Part shown: in pieces, positions 18,922-29,087 of the stretch
Numbering within the stretch: the stretch's first letter is position 1
Layout: every line of letters begins with the position of its first letter
From: Escherichia phage FL23
Direction: 5' to 3' (one strand)
Sequence record: PP400787
DNA: 64,000 nt
Made by a program: the position numbers and the translations under genes
Notes under the pieces: model-generated
Databases searched by the model: none
What the model saw: only the letters and a program-made list of their open reading frames with translations
What the model was told of the DNA's origin: nothing

Positions 18922-19137
18922 ATGAACGAAGCTCTTATTAACGATTTGCGTCTTGCTGGATATGAAGTAAATACAAATGGCATTGGTTTAACTCAAATTG
19001 AAGGAAACGGATTCATCCTTGAGTATGAATTTAGCCAATGGTGGTTATATGCCAATTACGGCGAATTGATTGAATATGTTGACCAATTTGATTCACTAGA
19101 TGCAGCTCTTGAAGCGGCTAAGTTGATGAATGTATGA
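18922..19137 (+). CDS. hypothetical protein (71 aa)
   Basis: ORF track. Confidence 0.4.
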   Translation: MNEALINDLRLAGYEVNTNGIGLTQIEGNGFILEYEFSQWWLYANYGELIEYVDQFDSLDAALEAAKLMNV

Positions 19138-19382
19138 AATTTATTAATATTTCTATTACTATTGAAAATTATGGCATTTTCTATGTTGACCAATACATGA
19201 AAATTTCATTTTTCCCAAATAAGACTGGTGTTGGATATTGGGAAAGCCATGTTTCTGAATTAAATGAAAGTGAATATGTTAATACACATGAAAAGTTTTT
19301 AGACTTTTTATATCATGCTGATTTAACTAGTCATTATATAGATATTCATGAATTTAAAAAGATGATGGAAAAAGTATTCTAA
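19134..19382 (+). CDS. hypothetical protein (82 aa)
   Basis: ORF track; ATGA overlap. Confidence 0.4.
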   Translation: MKFINISITIENYGIFYVDQYMKISFFPNKTGVGYWESHVSELNESEYVNTHEKFLDFLYHADLTSHYIDIHEFKKMMEKVF

Positions 19383-19481
19383 GCATACTGTTTACTTAGA
19401 TAACTGATATCCTCTATGCTTTAAGATAGATCTTCAAATATTATGATATAATAGATCTATGAATTGAGCTAAGAGGTGAAA

Positions 19482-20039
19482 ATGTCAGAAACTAAGCCTA
19501 AATATAATTACGTAAACAATAAAGAGCTTTTACAAGCTATTATTGATTGGAAAACAGAATTAGCAAATAATAAAGACCCAAATAAAGTAGTTCGTCAAAA
19601 TGATACTATCGGATTAGCCATTATGCTTATTGCAGAAGGCTTATCTAAACGTTTCAACTTTTCAGGATACACCCAGTCTTGGAAACAAGAAATGATTGCA
19701 GATGGTATAGAAGCTTCTATTAAGGGGCTTCATAATTTTGATGAAACGAAATATAAAAACCCACATGCGTATATAACTCAAGCTTGTTTTAATGCATTCG
19801 TCCAACGTATTAAAAAAGAACGTAAGGAAGTTGCAAAGAAATATAGTTACTTCGTTCACAATGTCTATGACAGCCGTGACGACGATATGGTTGCGTTAGT
19901 AGATGAAACTTTTATTCAAGACATCTACGATAAAATGACGCATTACGAAGAATCAACCTATAGAACACCGGGGGCTGAAAAGAAAAGTGTTGTAGACGAT
20001 TCTCCTAGTTTGGATTTTTTATATGAGGCTAACGATTAA
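19482..20039 (+). CDS. 55: late-transcription sigma factor gp55
   Basis: 185 aa from [24 protein letters not shown]; matches recalled T4 gp55. Confidence 0.9.
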
Positions 20040-20241
20040 CCTCTCCGGATTCTTGGAAGAAATACCTGAAGTTGAAGCTATTCCCTATTTACTTAAAATG
20101 TATCTCAGGGAAGTTTTAGCTCTTGACATTGATATTGATCCAGAAAATCCGTATGATACCGCTTTTAAATCTAATGGTGTAGAATTAAACTATCGGTATC
20201 ATTTAACAGATGATGATTTTTATTTTATATTAGAGAAATAA
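20023..20241 (+). CDS. hypothetical protein (72 aa)
   Basis: ORF track; overlaps end of gene 55. Confidence 0.35.
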
Positions 20242-20242
20242 T

Positions 20243-20560
20243 ATGACTGATAAACCCGAAATTAATGATGAAGTGGAAAAGCTTATTTCTTCTATTGAAG
20301 AAAAGAACCGTCTTGAAGCAGAAAGAAAAGCAAATAAGTTATTGTCTAAAAACAAACGCGAACTGAATCGTCTTTATAAGCACGCTCAGATTGCAGCTGA
20401 AAATAATAATTTTGCTCAATACGAATATGCTATCAAGAAAAGTCGGGATATTCTGAAACAGCCATATAACGATGAACTCATCAGTATTCTTTGGAAGACT
20501 ACTAGATCGCAAATTGAGGATATGATTGATGCTTACACACGTAAAATTCAAGCGTCTTAA
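20243..20560 (+). CDS. hypothetical protein (105 aa)
   Basis: ORF track. Confidence 0.4.
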   Translation: MTDKPEINDEVEKLISSIEEKNRLEAERKANKLLSKNKRELNRLYKHAQIAAENNNFAQYEYAIKKSRDILKQPYNDELISILWKTTRSQIEDMIDAYTRKIQAS

Positions 20561-20732
20561 AATTAATGCAGGATTTACTGAATCTTTGAATGGTCATCTT
20601 TGTGTGAAAATTTCTGAAAAAGAATACCATGATAGTTCAATTAAAGAAGTTAATCCTCCTATTGTAAGAGCAGACCCTAATATGAAAGTGTGGGTTGATT
20701 CCTATCAAGTCAAAAAATGGTGGCAACTGTGA
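20526..20732 (+). CDS. hypothetical protein (68 aa)
   Basis: ORF track. Confidence 0.35.
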   Translation: MMLTHVKFKRLKINAGFTESLNGHLCVKISEKEYHDSSIKEVNPPIVRADPNMKVWVDSYQVKKWWQL

Positions 20733-20880
20733 AAGATGAACACCCAGACTTCTGAAATAGATTATAATAAAATTCGTTCCTCTAAAGTAGAAGGAACTAT
20801 AACATATAAGCGCATAAAATTTAAAAGTTCTAACGAGCCTCTGTATGGCGTATTATGCGGATAGGGGCTTCGGCTCCTAT

Positions 20881-20907
20881 ATTGCTTTATAAATTTTTGG
20901 TAAAATA
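20881..20907 (+). promoter_or_regulatory. MotA-dependent middle promoter (MotA box TTGCTTTA + -10 TAAAAT)
   Basis: tTGCTTTAtaaatttttggTAAAAT upstream of alpha-gt. Confidence 0.5.
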
Positions 20908-20930
20908 AACCAAAACAAAGAGGATATTAA

Positions 20931-22133
20931 ATGAAAGTATGTATTTTTATGGCTCGAGGTCTTGAAGGTTGTGGTGTAACTAAATTTTCTCTTGAGCAAC
21001 GTGATTGGTTTATTAAAAATGGTCATGAAGTAACTTTGGTTTATGCTAAAGATAAATCATTTACTCGTAATTGCGCGCATGATTATAAATCATTTTCAAT
21101 TCCGGTTTTATTGGCAAAAGAATACGATAAAACACTTAAGCTGGTAAATGATTGTGATATTCTAATTATCAATTCAGTTCCTGCTACTTCGGTTGAAGAA
21201 GACACTATTAATAACTATAAAAAAATTATTGATAACATTAAACCTTCTGTTCGTGTTGTAGTTTATCAGCATGACCATTCTTCTCTTTCTTTGCGTCGAA
21301 ATTTGGGATTAGAAGAAACTGTTCGTCGAGCTGATGTTATTTTTAGCCATTCTGATAATGGCGATTTTAATAAAGTTCTGATGAAAGAATGGTATCCAGA
21401 AACTGTTTCTCTGTTTGATGATATTGAAGAAGCACCGACAGTATATAACTTTCAGCCTCCTATGGATATTGCGAAGGTTCGGTCAACTTACTGGAAAGAT
21501 GTTTCTGAAATTAACATGAATATCAACCGTTGGATTGGTCGTACGACTACATGGAAAGGTTTTTATCAGATGTTTGATTTTCACGAAAAACATCTTAAAC
21601 CTGCAGGACTAAGTACTATTATGGAAGGTCTGGAACGTTCTCCAGCGTTCATTCCTATTAAAGAAAAAGGAATTCCATACGAGTATTATCGTCTTCATCA
21701 AGTAGACCAAATTAAAATTGCTCCTAATTTGCCAACGCAAATTCTTGACCGTTATGTAAATAGCGAAATGCTTGAACGCATGAGTAAATCCGGATTTGGT
21801 TATCAGTTGAGTAAGTTGGATAAAAAATATCTGCAACGTTCTTTAGAATATACTCATCTCGAGCTTGGTGCTTGCGGTACAATTCCTGTTTTCTGGAAAT
21901 CTACTGGCGAAAATTTAAAATTCCGTGTTGATAATACTCCTTTGACCTCGCATGATAGCGGTATCATTTGGTTTGATGAAAATGATATGGAATCAACGTT
22001 TGAACGTATTAAAGAACTGTCATCTGACCGAACTCTTTATGACCGTGAGCGAGAAAAAGCATATGAATTTTTGTATCAGCATCAAGATTCAAGCTTCTGC
22101 TTTAAAGAACAGTTTGACATTATTACAAAATAA
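20931..22133 (+). CDS. agt: DNA alpha-glucosyltransferase
   Basis: 400 aa; MKVCIFMARGLEGCGVTKFSLEQRDWFIKNGHEVTLVYAK closely matches recalled T4 AGT. Confidence 0.85.
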   Translation: MKVCIFMARGLEGCGVTKFSLEQRDWFIKNGHEVTLVYAKDKSFTRNCAHDYKSFSIPVLLAKEYDKTLKLVNDCDILIINSVPATSVEEDTINNYKKIIDNIKPSVRVVVYQHDHSSLSLRRNLGLEETVRRADVIFSHSDNGDFNKVLMKEWYPETVSLFDDIEEAPTVYNFQPPMDIAKVRSTYWKDVSEINMNINRWIGRTTTWKGFYQMFDFHEKHLKPAGLSTIMEGLERSPAFIPIKEKGIPYEYYRLHQVDQIKIAPNLPTQILDRYVNSEMLERMSKSGFGYQLSKLDKKYLQRSLEYTHLELGACGTIPVFWKSTGENLKFRVDNTPLTSHDSGIIWFDENDMESTFERIKELSSDRTLYDREREKAYEFLYQHQDSSFCFKEQFDIITK

Positions 22134-22156
22134 AGGGCTTCGGCCCTTTAGCTTTA
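22134..22156 (+). terminator. rho-independent terminator fused to a MotA-box-like promoter
   Basis: aaagggcTTCGgcccttt then aGCTTTA ... TATAAT. Confidence 0.55.
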
Positions 22157-22172
22157 TACGGAGTTTGATATA

Positions 22173-22313
22173 ATGATATTTCTTGGATATGTGATACTTT
22201 TTCTTGCATTTTATCTATTCACTAGAGCATGCTGGATTGGTTTCTTTAGCACACCAGATGGGTTTATTTCAATAATTTTATTTTGCATTTCAATGACGGT
22301 TCTTGATATATGA
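22173..22313 (+). CDS. small membrane protein (46 aa)
   Basis: Hydrophobic; stop overlaps gene 47 ATG; below ORF-track size cutoff, coordinates approximate. Confidence 0.3.
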   Translation: MIFLGYVILFLAFYLFTRACWIGFFSTPDGFISIILFCISMTVLDI

Positions 22314-23329
22314 AAATTTTAAATTTAGGTGATTGGCATTTAGGCGTTAAAGCTGATGATGAGTGGATTCGTGGTATTCAAATTGATGGAATTAAACAAG
22401 CGATAGAATATTCTAAGAAAAATGGAATTACTGTATGGATTCAATATGGTGATATTTTTGATGTGCGAAAAGCAATCACGCATAAAACTATGGAGTTTGC
22501 CCGTGAAATAGTTCAAATGCTTGATGGTGCTGGAATCACATTACATACTATTGTAGGAAATCACGATCTCCACTATAAAAATGTAATGCATCCAAATGCC
22601 TCTACTGAGCTTTTGGCTAAATATCCTAATGTTAAAGTATATGATAAGCCTACTACAGTAGATTTTGACGGATGTTTAATTGATTTAATTCCTTGGATGT
22701 GTGAAGAAAATACTGGTGAAATTCTTGAGCATATCAAAACTTCATCTGCTTCTTTTTGTGTTGGTCACTGGGAACTGAATGGATTTTATTTTTATAAAGG
22801 AATGAAATCTCATGGTCTTGAACCTGATTTCCTTAAGACTTATAAAGAAGTGTGGTCTGGTCACTTCCATACTATTTCTGAGGCTGCTAACGTCAGATAT
22901 ATTGGGACACCATGGACACTAACAGCAGGTGACGAGAATGACCCTCGTGGGTTCTGGATGTTTGATACAGAAACAGAACGAATGGAATTTATTCCAAATA
23001 ATACTACCTGGCATCGTAGAATTCATTATCCATTTAAAGGAAAAATTGACTATAAAGATTTTACAAATCTATCAGTACGTGTTATAGTAACTGAAGTAGA
23101 CAAAAATCTGATGAAGTTCGAATCTGAACTAGAGAAAGTTGTGCATTCATTACGAGTTGTGTCAAAGATTGATAACTCTGTCGAGTCAGATGACAGCGAA
23201 GAGGTTGAAGTTCAATCTCTTCAGACGTTGATGGAAGAATACATTAATGCAATTCCAGACATCACCGATTCTGACCGTGAAGCACTTATTCAATATGCAA
23301 ATCAGCTATATGTAGAGGCAACACAATGA
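22310..23329 (+). CDS. 47: recombination/repair nuclease subunit gp47 (Mre11/SbcD-like)
   Basis: 339 aa; phosphoesterase motifs GDWHLG, GNHD; T4 gp47 length. Confidence 0.9.
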   Translation: MKILNLGDWHLGVKADDEWIRGIQIDGIKQAIEYSKKNGITVWIQYGDIFDVRKAITHKTMEFAREIVQMLDGAGITLHTIVGNHDLHYKNVMHPNASTELLAKYPNVKVYDKPTTVDFDGCLIDLIPWMCEENTGEILEHIKTSSASFCVGHWELNGFYFYKGMKSHGLEPDFLKTYKEVWSGHFHTISEAANVRYIGTPWTLTAGDENDPRGFWMFDTETERMEFIPNNTTWHRRIHYPFKGKIDYKDFTNLSVRVIVTEVDKNLMKFESELEKVVHSLRVVSKIDNSVESDDSEEVEVQSLQTLMEEYINAIPDITDSDREALIQYANQLYVEATQ

Positions 23330-23589
23330 CTTTTGATGAATTTAAAAATGTTATGATGAGTCAGCATTTTGAATGCGAAGTAAAAGATGATATTGGGCAT
23401 AAAGAAATTATTGAATATTGGTTTGAACCGCTAGAGGTTGAAGATAATTGTATTAAAAAGGTTACGGTCTGCACTGACTGGGCTGTATCCTTTAACTTCA
23501 ACATTTTAGATAATGACACACCTAAATCATTACGAGATATGGCCGTATCTTGTATTAAGGATGCATACTGTGAAGTTTTCGACATTTGA
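23326..23589 (+). CDS. hypothetical protein (87 aa)
   Basis: ORF track; ATGA overlap with gene 47. Confidence 0.4.
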   Translation: MTFDEFKNVMMSQHFECEVKDDIGHKEIIEYWFEPLEVEDNCIKKVTVCTDWAVSFNFNILDNDTPKSLRDMAVSCIKDAYCEVFDI

Positions 23590-23776
23590 CATTAATGATG
23601 AATTCATAGCAAACATTGATTATACCGAAGAAGATTCTAGATATGTTGGAATAATTTATATTACATCAAAAACAGCACAAGGCGTTGTTTGCATGGCTGA
23701 ATTTGATGAATACTTTTTAGATTATGATGATATGATAGAATGGTCTAAAAGATACATTAAAAGGAATCTTTTGTGA
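23513..23776 (+). CDS. hypothetical protein; true start probably internal
   Basis: Track ORF overlaps previous gene by 77 nt; likely begins near 23564. Confidence 0.3.
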   Translation: MTHLNHYEIWPYLVLRMHTVKFSTFDINDEFIANIDYTEEDSRYVGIIYITSKTAQGVVCMAEFDEYFLDYDDMIEWSKRYIKRNLL

Positions 23777-25455
23777 AGAATTTTAAACTTAATAGAGTAA
23801 AATATAAAAATATAATGTCAGTTGGTCAAAATGGGATTGACATTCAATTAGATAAGGTTCAAAAAACTCTTATTACTGGACGAAATGGCGGTGGTAAGTC
23901 TACTATGCTAGAAGCCATCACATTTGGGCTTTTTGGCAAGCCATTTCGTGATGTAAAGAAAGGTCAATTAATAAACAGCACAAATAAGAAAGAACTTTTA
24001 GTTGAACTGTGGATGGAATATGATGAGAAAAAATACTATATCAAAAGAGGACAAAAACCAAACGTTTTCGAAATCACCGTTAACGGTACACGTCTTAATG
24101 AATCTGCCAGCAGTAAAGATTTCCAAGCAGAATTTGAACAGCTTATCGGAATGTCATATGCCAGTTTCAAGCAGATTGTTGTCCTTGGTACAGCAGGGTA
24201 TACCCCTTTCATGGGTTTGTCGACCCCTGCGCGAAGAAAGCTTGTGGAAGACCTGCTTGAGGTAGGAACATTAGCTGAAATGGATAAGCTTAATAAAGCA
24301 CTAATACGTGAATTAAATTCGCAGAACCAAGTGCTTGATGTTAAAAAAGATAGTATTATCCAACAAATTAAAATATATAATGATAACGTTGAACGCCAGA
24401 AAAAATTAACGGGTGACAACCTTACTCGTCTGCAAAATATGTATGATGATTTGGCAAAAGAAGCTAGAACGCTAAAATCTGAAATAGAAGAAGCTAATGA
24501 AAGATTAGTTAATATTGTTTTAGATGAAGACCCGACTGATGCATTTAATAAAATCGGTCAAGAAGCAGTTTTAATTAAATCAAAAATTGACTCGTATAAT
24601 AAAGTCATTAATATGTATCACGAAGGTGGATTATGTCCAACCTGTTTGTCACAATTAAGTTCCGGTGATAAAGTTGTTTCTAAAATTAAAGATAAAGTTT
24701 CTGAATGTACGCATTCGTTTGAACAGCTTTCAACACACCGTGATAATTTAAAAGTTCTTGTTGATGAATACCGAGATAATATTAAAACCCAACAGTCGTT
24801 GGCAAATGATATTCGCAATAAAAAGCAATCTCTGATCGCAGCAGTAGATAAAGCTAAAAAGGTTAAAGCGGCTATAGAAAAAGCATCTTCTGAGTTTATT
24901 GACCATGCTGATGAAATAGCACTGCTTCAAGAAGAACTTGATAAAATTGTTAAGACAAAAACTAATTTAGTAATGGAAAAATACCACCGAGGAATTTTGA
25001 CTGATATGCTCAAAGATTCTGGTATTAAAGGTGCTATTATTAAAAAGTACATTCCATTATTTAATAAGCAGATTAACCATTATCTTAAAATAATGGAAGC
25101 GGATTATGTGTTTACATTAGATGAAGAATTTAATGAGACAATTAAATCCCGTGGTCGCGAAGATTTTAGTTATGCTTCATTTAGTGAAGGTGAAAAAGCG
25201 CGAATTGATATTGCTCTTTTATTTACTTGGCGTGATATTGCTTCTATTGTATCTGGTGTTAGTATTAGTACATTAATACTCGATGAAGTGTTTGATGGGT
25301 CATTTGATGCCGAAGGTATTAAAGGTGTAGCTAATATTATAAATTCAATGAAAAACACTAATGTTTTTATAATTTCGCATAAAGACCATGACCCGCAAGA
25401 ATACGGTCAGCATCTTCAAATGAAGAAAGTTGGTCGATTTACTGTAATGGTTTAA
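23773..25455 (+). CDS. 46: recombination/repair ATPase gp46 (Rad50/SbcC-like)
   Basis: 560 aa, GTG start; Walker A GRNGGGKST; long coiled-coil; matches T4 gp46. Confidence 0.9.
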   Translation: MKNFKLNRVKYKNIMSVGQNGIDIQLDKVQKTLITGRNGGGKSTMLEAITFGLFGKPFRDVKKGQLINSTNKKELLVELWMEYDEKKYYIKRGQKPNVFEITVNGTRLNESASSKDFQAEFEQLIGMSYASFKQIVVLGTAGYTPFMGLSTPARRKLVEDLLEVGTLAEMDKLNKALIRELNSQNQVLDVKKDSIIQQIKIYNDNVERQKKLTGDNLTRLQNMYDDLAKEARTLKSEIEEANERLVNIVLDEDPTDAFNKIGQEAVLIKSKIDSYNKVINMYHEGGLCPTCLSQLSSGDKVVSKIKDKVSECTHSFEQLSTHRDNLKVLVDEYRDNIKTQQSLANDIRNKKQSLIAAVDKAKKVKAAIEKASSEFIDHADEIALLQEELDKIVKTKTNLVMEKYHRGILTDMLKDSGIKGAIIKKYIPLFNKQINHYLKIMEADYVFTLDEEFNETIKSRGREDFSYASFSEGEKARIDIALLFTWRDIASIVSGVSISTLILDEVFDGSFDAEGIKGVANIINSMKNTNVFIISHKDHDPQEYGQHLQMKKVGRFTVMV

Positions 25456-25467
25456 TTTATAAGAGAT

Positions 25468-25494
25468 TATGCTTTAATTTATTAGAGTATAATC
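25468..25494 (+). promoter_or_regulatory. MotA-dependent middle promoter
   Basis: aTGCTTTAa-11nt-TATAAT upstream of 25511 ORF. Confidence 0.5.
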
Positions 25495-25510
25495 TCTATG
25501 GAGGAAAAAC

Positions 25511-25699
25511 ATGGAATATTCAACCGGACAGCATCTATTAACTATTCCTGAAATAAAACGATATATTCTGAGAAATAATTTTTCTAATGAAGAGCATATA
25601 GTTACTGAATCTATGCTTAGGAATGCATTTAAAGCAGAATATACAAAAATAATGTCCAATAGAAATGAAGCTTGGACTGTTACTGATTATTATGACTAA
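25511..25699 (+). CDS. hypothetical protein (62 aa)
   Basis: ORF track; strong GGAGGA SD. Confidence 0.45.
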   Translation: MEYSTGQHLLTIPEIKRYILRNNFSNEEHIVTESMLRNAFKAEYTKIMSNRNEAWTVTDYYD

Positions 25700-25708
25700 A
25701 GGTGTATT

Positions 25709-26098
25709 ATGACTAAAATTACTGTGAATTATACTGTTGATGTAAAAGATATTCAGCCAAAACACGTGCGTTCTGAATCAAATCCACAAAACCAAAATAA
25801 AATTCGTCGAGCATGGGTTTTGTCTCTTTCTGATAACGCAATGGAAGTTATTCAGAACAAAATTAAATCTGCACCTGCTCGTCATGCGTATTATGAAGCT
25901 ATCGATCGTGAAGTAAGTAATAAATGGATTGAACTAATGCGCAAACATACTACAGAATCCCTAAACGCCGGTGCTAAATTTATTATGACTTCATGTGGTG
26001 AACGCCTTGAAGATGATTATTGTGGTAATGCAGATGAACGTCTAATTGTTGCTGCTCAAATTGTTGCGGAAACAATTGCGGCTGATTTTAATCGTTAA
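25709..26098 (+). CDS. rpbA: RNA polymerase-binding protein RpbA
   Basis: 129 aa; position between 46 and 45 and length equal to T4 RpbA. Confidence 0.75.
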
Positions 26099-26123
26099 TT
26101 GCTTTATTAAATTAGTTATAAAA
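26098..26123 (+). promoter_or_regulatory. MotA-dependent middle promoter of gene 45
   Basis: TTGCTTTA MotA box then TATAAA about 10 nt downstream. Confidence 0.5.
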
Positions 26124-26153
26124 TTAAATCTCATTTGAATTGAAGGAAATTAC

Positions 26154-26840
26154 ATGAAACTGTCTAAAGATACTACTGCTTTGCTTAAAAATTTCGCTAC
26201 TATTAACTCCGGTATTATGCTTAAATCCGGTCAATTTATTATGACTCGCGCAGTTAATGGTACAACTTATGCGGAAGCAAATATTTCTGACGTTATTGAT
26301 TTTGATGTAGCAATTTACGATTTGAACGGTTTTCTCGGCATTCTGTCTCTAGTTAATGATGATGCAGAAATTTCCCAGTCAGAAGATGGAAATATTAAAA
26401 TTGCTGATGCCCGCTCAACAATTTTTTGGCCAGCAGCCGATCCGAGTACAGTAGTTGCTCCTAATAAACCAATTCCATTCCCGGTAGCATCTGTTGTTAC
26501 TGAAATTAAAGCTGAAGACCTTCAACAGCTGTTGCGTGTATCTCGCGGTCTGCAGATTGATACAATTGCTATCACAGTAAAAGAAGGTAAAATCGTAATT
26601 AACGGTTTTAATAAAGTAGAAGATTCTGCTCTGACCCGTGTTAAATATTCTTTGACTCTTGGTGATTATGATGGTGAAAACACATTTAATTTCATTATCA
26701 ATATGGCAAATATGAAAATGCAACCAGGAAATTATAAACTTCTGCTTTGGGCAAAAGGTAAACAAGGCGCTGCTAAATTTGAAGGTGAACATGCGAATTA
26801 TGTAGTAGCTCTTGAAGCTGATTCTACCCATGATTTTTAA
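26154..26840 (+). CDS. 45: sliding clamp gp45
   Basis: 228 aa; sequence matches recalled T4 gp45. Confidence 0.9.
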   Translation: MKLSKDTTALLKNFATINSGIMLKSGQFIMTRAVNGTTYAEANISDVIDFDVAIYDLNGFLGILSLVNDDAEISQSEDGNIKIADARSTIFWPAADPSTVVAPNKPIPFPVASVVTEIKAEDLQQLLRVSRGLQIDTIAITVKEGKIVINGFNKVEDSALTRVKYSLTLGDYDGENTFNFIINMANMKMQPGNYKLLLWAKGKQGAAKFEGEHANYVVALEADSTHDF

Positions 26841-26842
26841 TA

Positions 26843-26864
26843 GAGGGCTTCGGCCCTTTATAAT
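26843..26864 (+). terminator. rho-independent terminator (gggcTTCGgccc)
   Basis: agagggcttcggcccttt. Confidence 0.6.
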
Positions 26865-26891
26865 TTACACTAAAACTTGAATGAGGAAATT

Positions 26892-27851
26892 ATGATTACT
26901 GTAAATGAAAAAGAACACATTCTTGAACAGAAATATCGTCCATCTACTATCGATGAATGTATTCTTCCCGCCTTTGATAAAGAAACCTTTAAATCTATTA
27001 CAAGTAAAGGTAAGATTCCACATATTATTCTTCATTCTCCTTCTCCAGGAACAGGTAAAACAACTGTAGCAAAAGCATTGTGTCATGATGTAAATGCTGA
27101 TATGATGTTTGTGAATGGGTCAGATTGTAAAATTGATTTCGTTCGTGGTCCTTTGACTAATTTTGCCAGTGCAGCTTCATTTGATGGTCGTCAAAAAGTA
27201 ATCGTTATTGATGAATTTGACCGCTCAGGGTTAGCAGAGTCTCAGCGACATCTTCGTTCCTTTATGGAAGCTTATAGTTCAAACTGTAGTATTATTATTA
27301 CTGCTAACAATATTGATGGTATTATTAAACCTCTCCAGTCACGCTGCCGAGTTATTACATTCGGTCAACCGACCGATGAAGATAAAATTGAAATGATGAA
27401 GCAGATGATTCGTCGATTGACTGAAATCTGCAAGCATGAAGGAATTGCTATAGCTGATATGAAAGTTGTAGCAGCTTTGGTTAAAAAGAATTTTCCTGAT
27501 TTTCGTAAAACTATTGGTGAGCTCGATAGTTATTCATCTAAAGGTGTTTTGGATGCTGGTATTTTATCACTGGTTACTAACGATCGTGGTGCTATTGATG
27601 ATGTTCTTGAGTCTCTCAAAAATAAAGATGTTAAACAACTCAGAGCTTTAGCACCAAAATATGCAGCTGATTATTCGTGGTTCGTGGGTAAACTTGCCGA
27701 AGAAATCTATTCACGTGTAACTCCACAAAGTATTATTCGTATGTACGAAATTGTTGGTGAAAATAATCAGTATCATGGTATTGCAGCTAACACTGAATTA
27801 CATTTAGCTTATCTTTTCATTCAATTAGCATGTGAAATGCAGTGGAAGTGA
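26892..27851 (+). CDS. 44: clamp loader large subunit gp44 (AAA+)
   Basis: 319 aa from internal ATG; Walker [10 protein letters not shown]; matches T4 gp44. Confidence 0.9.
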
Positions 27852-27852
27852 T

Positions 27853-28416
27853 ATGAGCTTATTTGAAGATGATATTCAATTAAACGAGCATCAAGTTGCT
27901 TGGTATTCAAAAGATTGGACAGCTGTCCAATCTGCTGCTGATTCTTTTAAGGAAAAAGCTGAAAATGAATTTTTTGAAATAATTGGAGCTATTAATAATA
28001 AAACTAAATGCTCTATTGCTCAAAAAGATTATTCAAAATTCATGGTTGAAAATGCATTATCACAATTTCCAGAGTGCATGCCAGCTGTATATGCAATGAA
28101 TTTAATCGGTTCTGGATTAAGTGATGAATCTCATTTTAATTATCTAATGGCTGCAGTTCCTCGTGGTAAAAGATATGGTAAATGGGCAAAACTGGTTGAA
28201 GATTCCACCGAAGTATTGATTATTAAGTTACTTGCTAAACAGTATCAAGTTAATACAAATGATGCAATTAACTATAAATCAATTCTTACTAAAAATGGAA
28301 AACTTCCTTTAGTATTAAAAGAACTAAAAGGTTTAGTCACGGATGATTTTTTGAAAGAAGTGACTAAGAACGTAAAAGAACAGAAACAACTCAAAAAACT
28401 AGCATTGGAATGGTAA
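27853..28416 (+). CDS. 62: clamp loader small subunit gp62
   Basis: 187 aa from [18 protein letters not shown]; matches T4 gp62. Confidence 0.9.
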   Translation: MSLFEDDIQLNEHQVAWYSKDWTAVQSAADSFKEKAENEFFEIIGAINNKTKCSIAQKDYSKFMVENALSQFPECMPAVYAMNLIGSGLSDESHFNYLMAAVPRGKRYGKWAKLVEDSTEVLIIKLLAKQYQVNTNDAINYKSILTKNGKLPLVLKELKGLVTDDFLKEVTKNVKEQKQLKKLALEW

Positions 28417-28417
28417 A

Positions 28418-28786
28418 ATGATTGAAATTACTCTTAAAAAACCTGAAGATTTTCTGAAAGTAAAAGAAACTTTGACTCGCATGGGAATTGCTAATAATAA
28501 AGATAAAGTTCTGTATCAGTCCTGCCACATTCTCCAGAAAAAAGGACTATACTATATCGTTCATTTTAAAGAAATGCTTCGTATGGATGGCCGTCAGGTT
28601 GAAATGACAGAAGAAGATGAAGTTCGTCGTGATTCGATTGCATGGCTGTTAGAAGATTGGGGACTGATTGAAATCGCTCCTGGTCAAAGAACTTTTATGA
28701 AAGATTTAACTAATAACTTCCGAGTTATTTCTTTTAAACAAAAACATGAATGGAAACTCGTTCCTAAATATACGATTGGTAATTAA
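28418..28786 (+). CDS. regA: translational repressor RegA
   Basis: 122 aa; MIEITLKKPEDFLKVKETLTRMGIANNKDKVLYQSCHILQ matches T4 RegA. Confidence 0.9.
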   Translation: MIEITLKKPEDFLKVKETLTRMGIANNKDKVLYQSCHILQKKGLYYIVHFKEMLRMDGRQVEMTEEDEVRRDSIAWLLEDWGLIEIAPGQRTFMKDLTNNFRVISFKQKHEWKLVPKYTIGN

Positions 28787-28787
28787 T

Positions 28788-29009
28788 ATGACTGCTATAA
28801 CTCCACAAGAATACATGGCGTCTCTTAAAGAAAAATATAATCTTTCTGCAACAGAAACACTTTTCGATTTACCAGAAAACCTTCAACTAAAATTTCAGGT
28901 AGAATTTCAAAAATTAATTCACCCAGAACAAAAACACTTTACTGCGGTCGTTAAGTCAATTAATGCAGATGGAATGACAATTTTTCACCGACAAATAGCA
29001 CTAATTTAA
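28788..29009 (+). CDS. hypothetical protein (73 aa) between regA and gene 43
   Basis: Internal ATG of track ORF 28746-29009 placed just after regA stop. Confidence 0.35.
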   Translation: MTAITPQEYMASLKEKYNLSATETLFDLPENLQLKFQVEFQKLIHPEQKHFTAVVKSINADGMTIFHRQIALI

Positions 29010-29035
29010 GCAAGGGGCTTCGGCCCCTTATTTGG
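29010..29035 (+). terminator. rho-independent terminator (ggggcTTCGgcccc)
   Basis: aaggggcttcggccccttatttgg. Confidence 0.6.
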
Positions 29036-29049
29036 AGTATAATATATCA

Positions 29050-29087
29050 AGAGCCTAATAACTCGGGCTATAAACTAAGGAATATCT
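29050..29087 (+). promoter_or_regulatory. gene 43 translational operator (autogenous repression hairpin)
   Basis: AGCCU-AAUAACUC-GGGCU hairpin 18 nt upstream of the gene 43 ATG; loop AAUAACUC is the classical T4 gp43 operator loop. Confidence 0.7.

Noticed and set aside
20863-20880. Hairpin aggggcttcggctcct upstream of alpha-gt as a terminator
   Set aside because: Stem has a mismatch and is not followed by a T-run; more likely just part of the promoter region.
24036-24419. 127-aa minus-strand ORF inside gene 46 (similar shadow ORFs at 2177-2392, 26415-26831, 58121-58486)
   Set aside because: Entirely embedded antisense within well-supported plus-strand genes with recognisable motifs; typical spurious frames.
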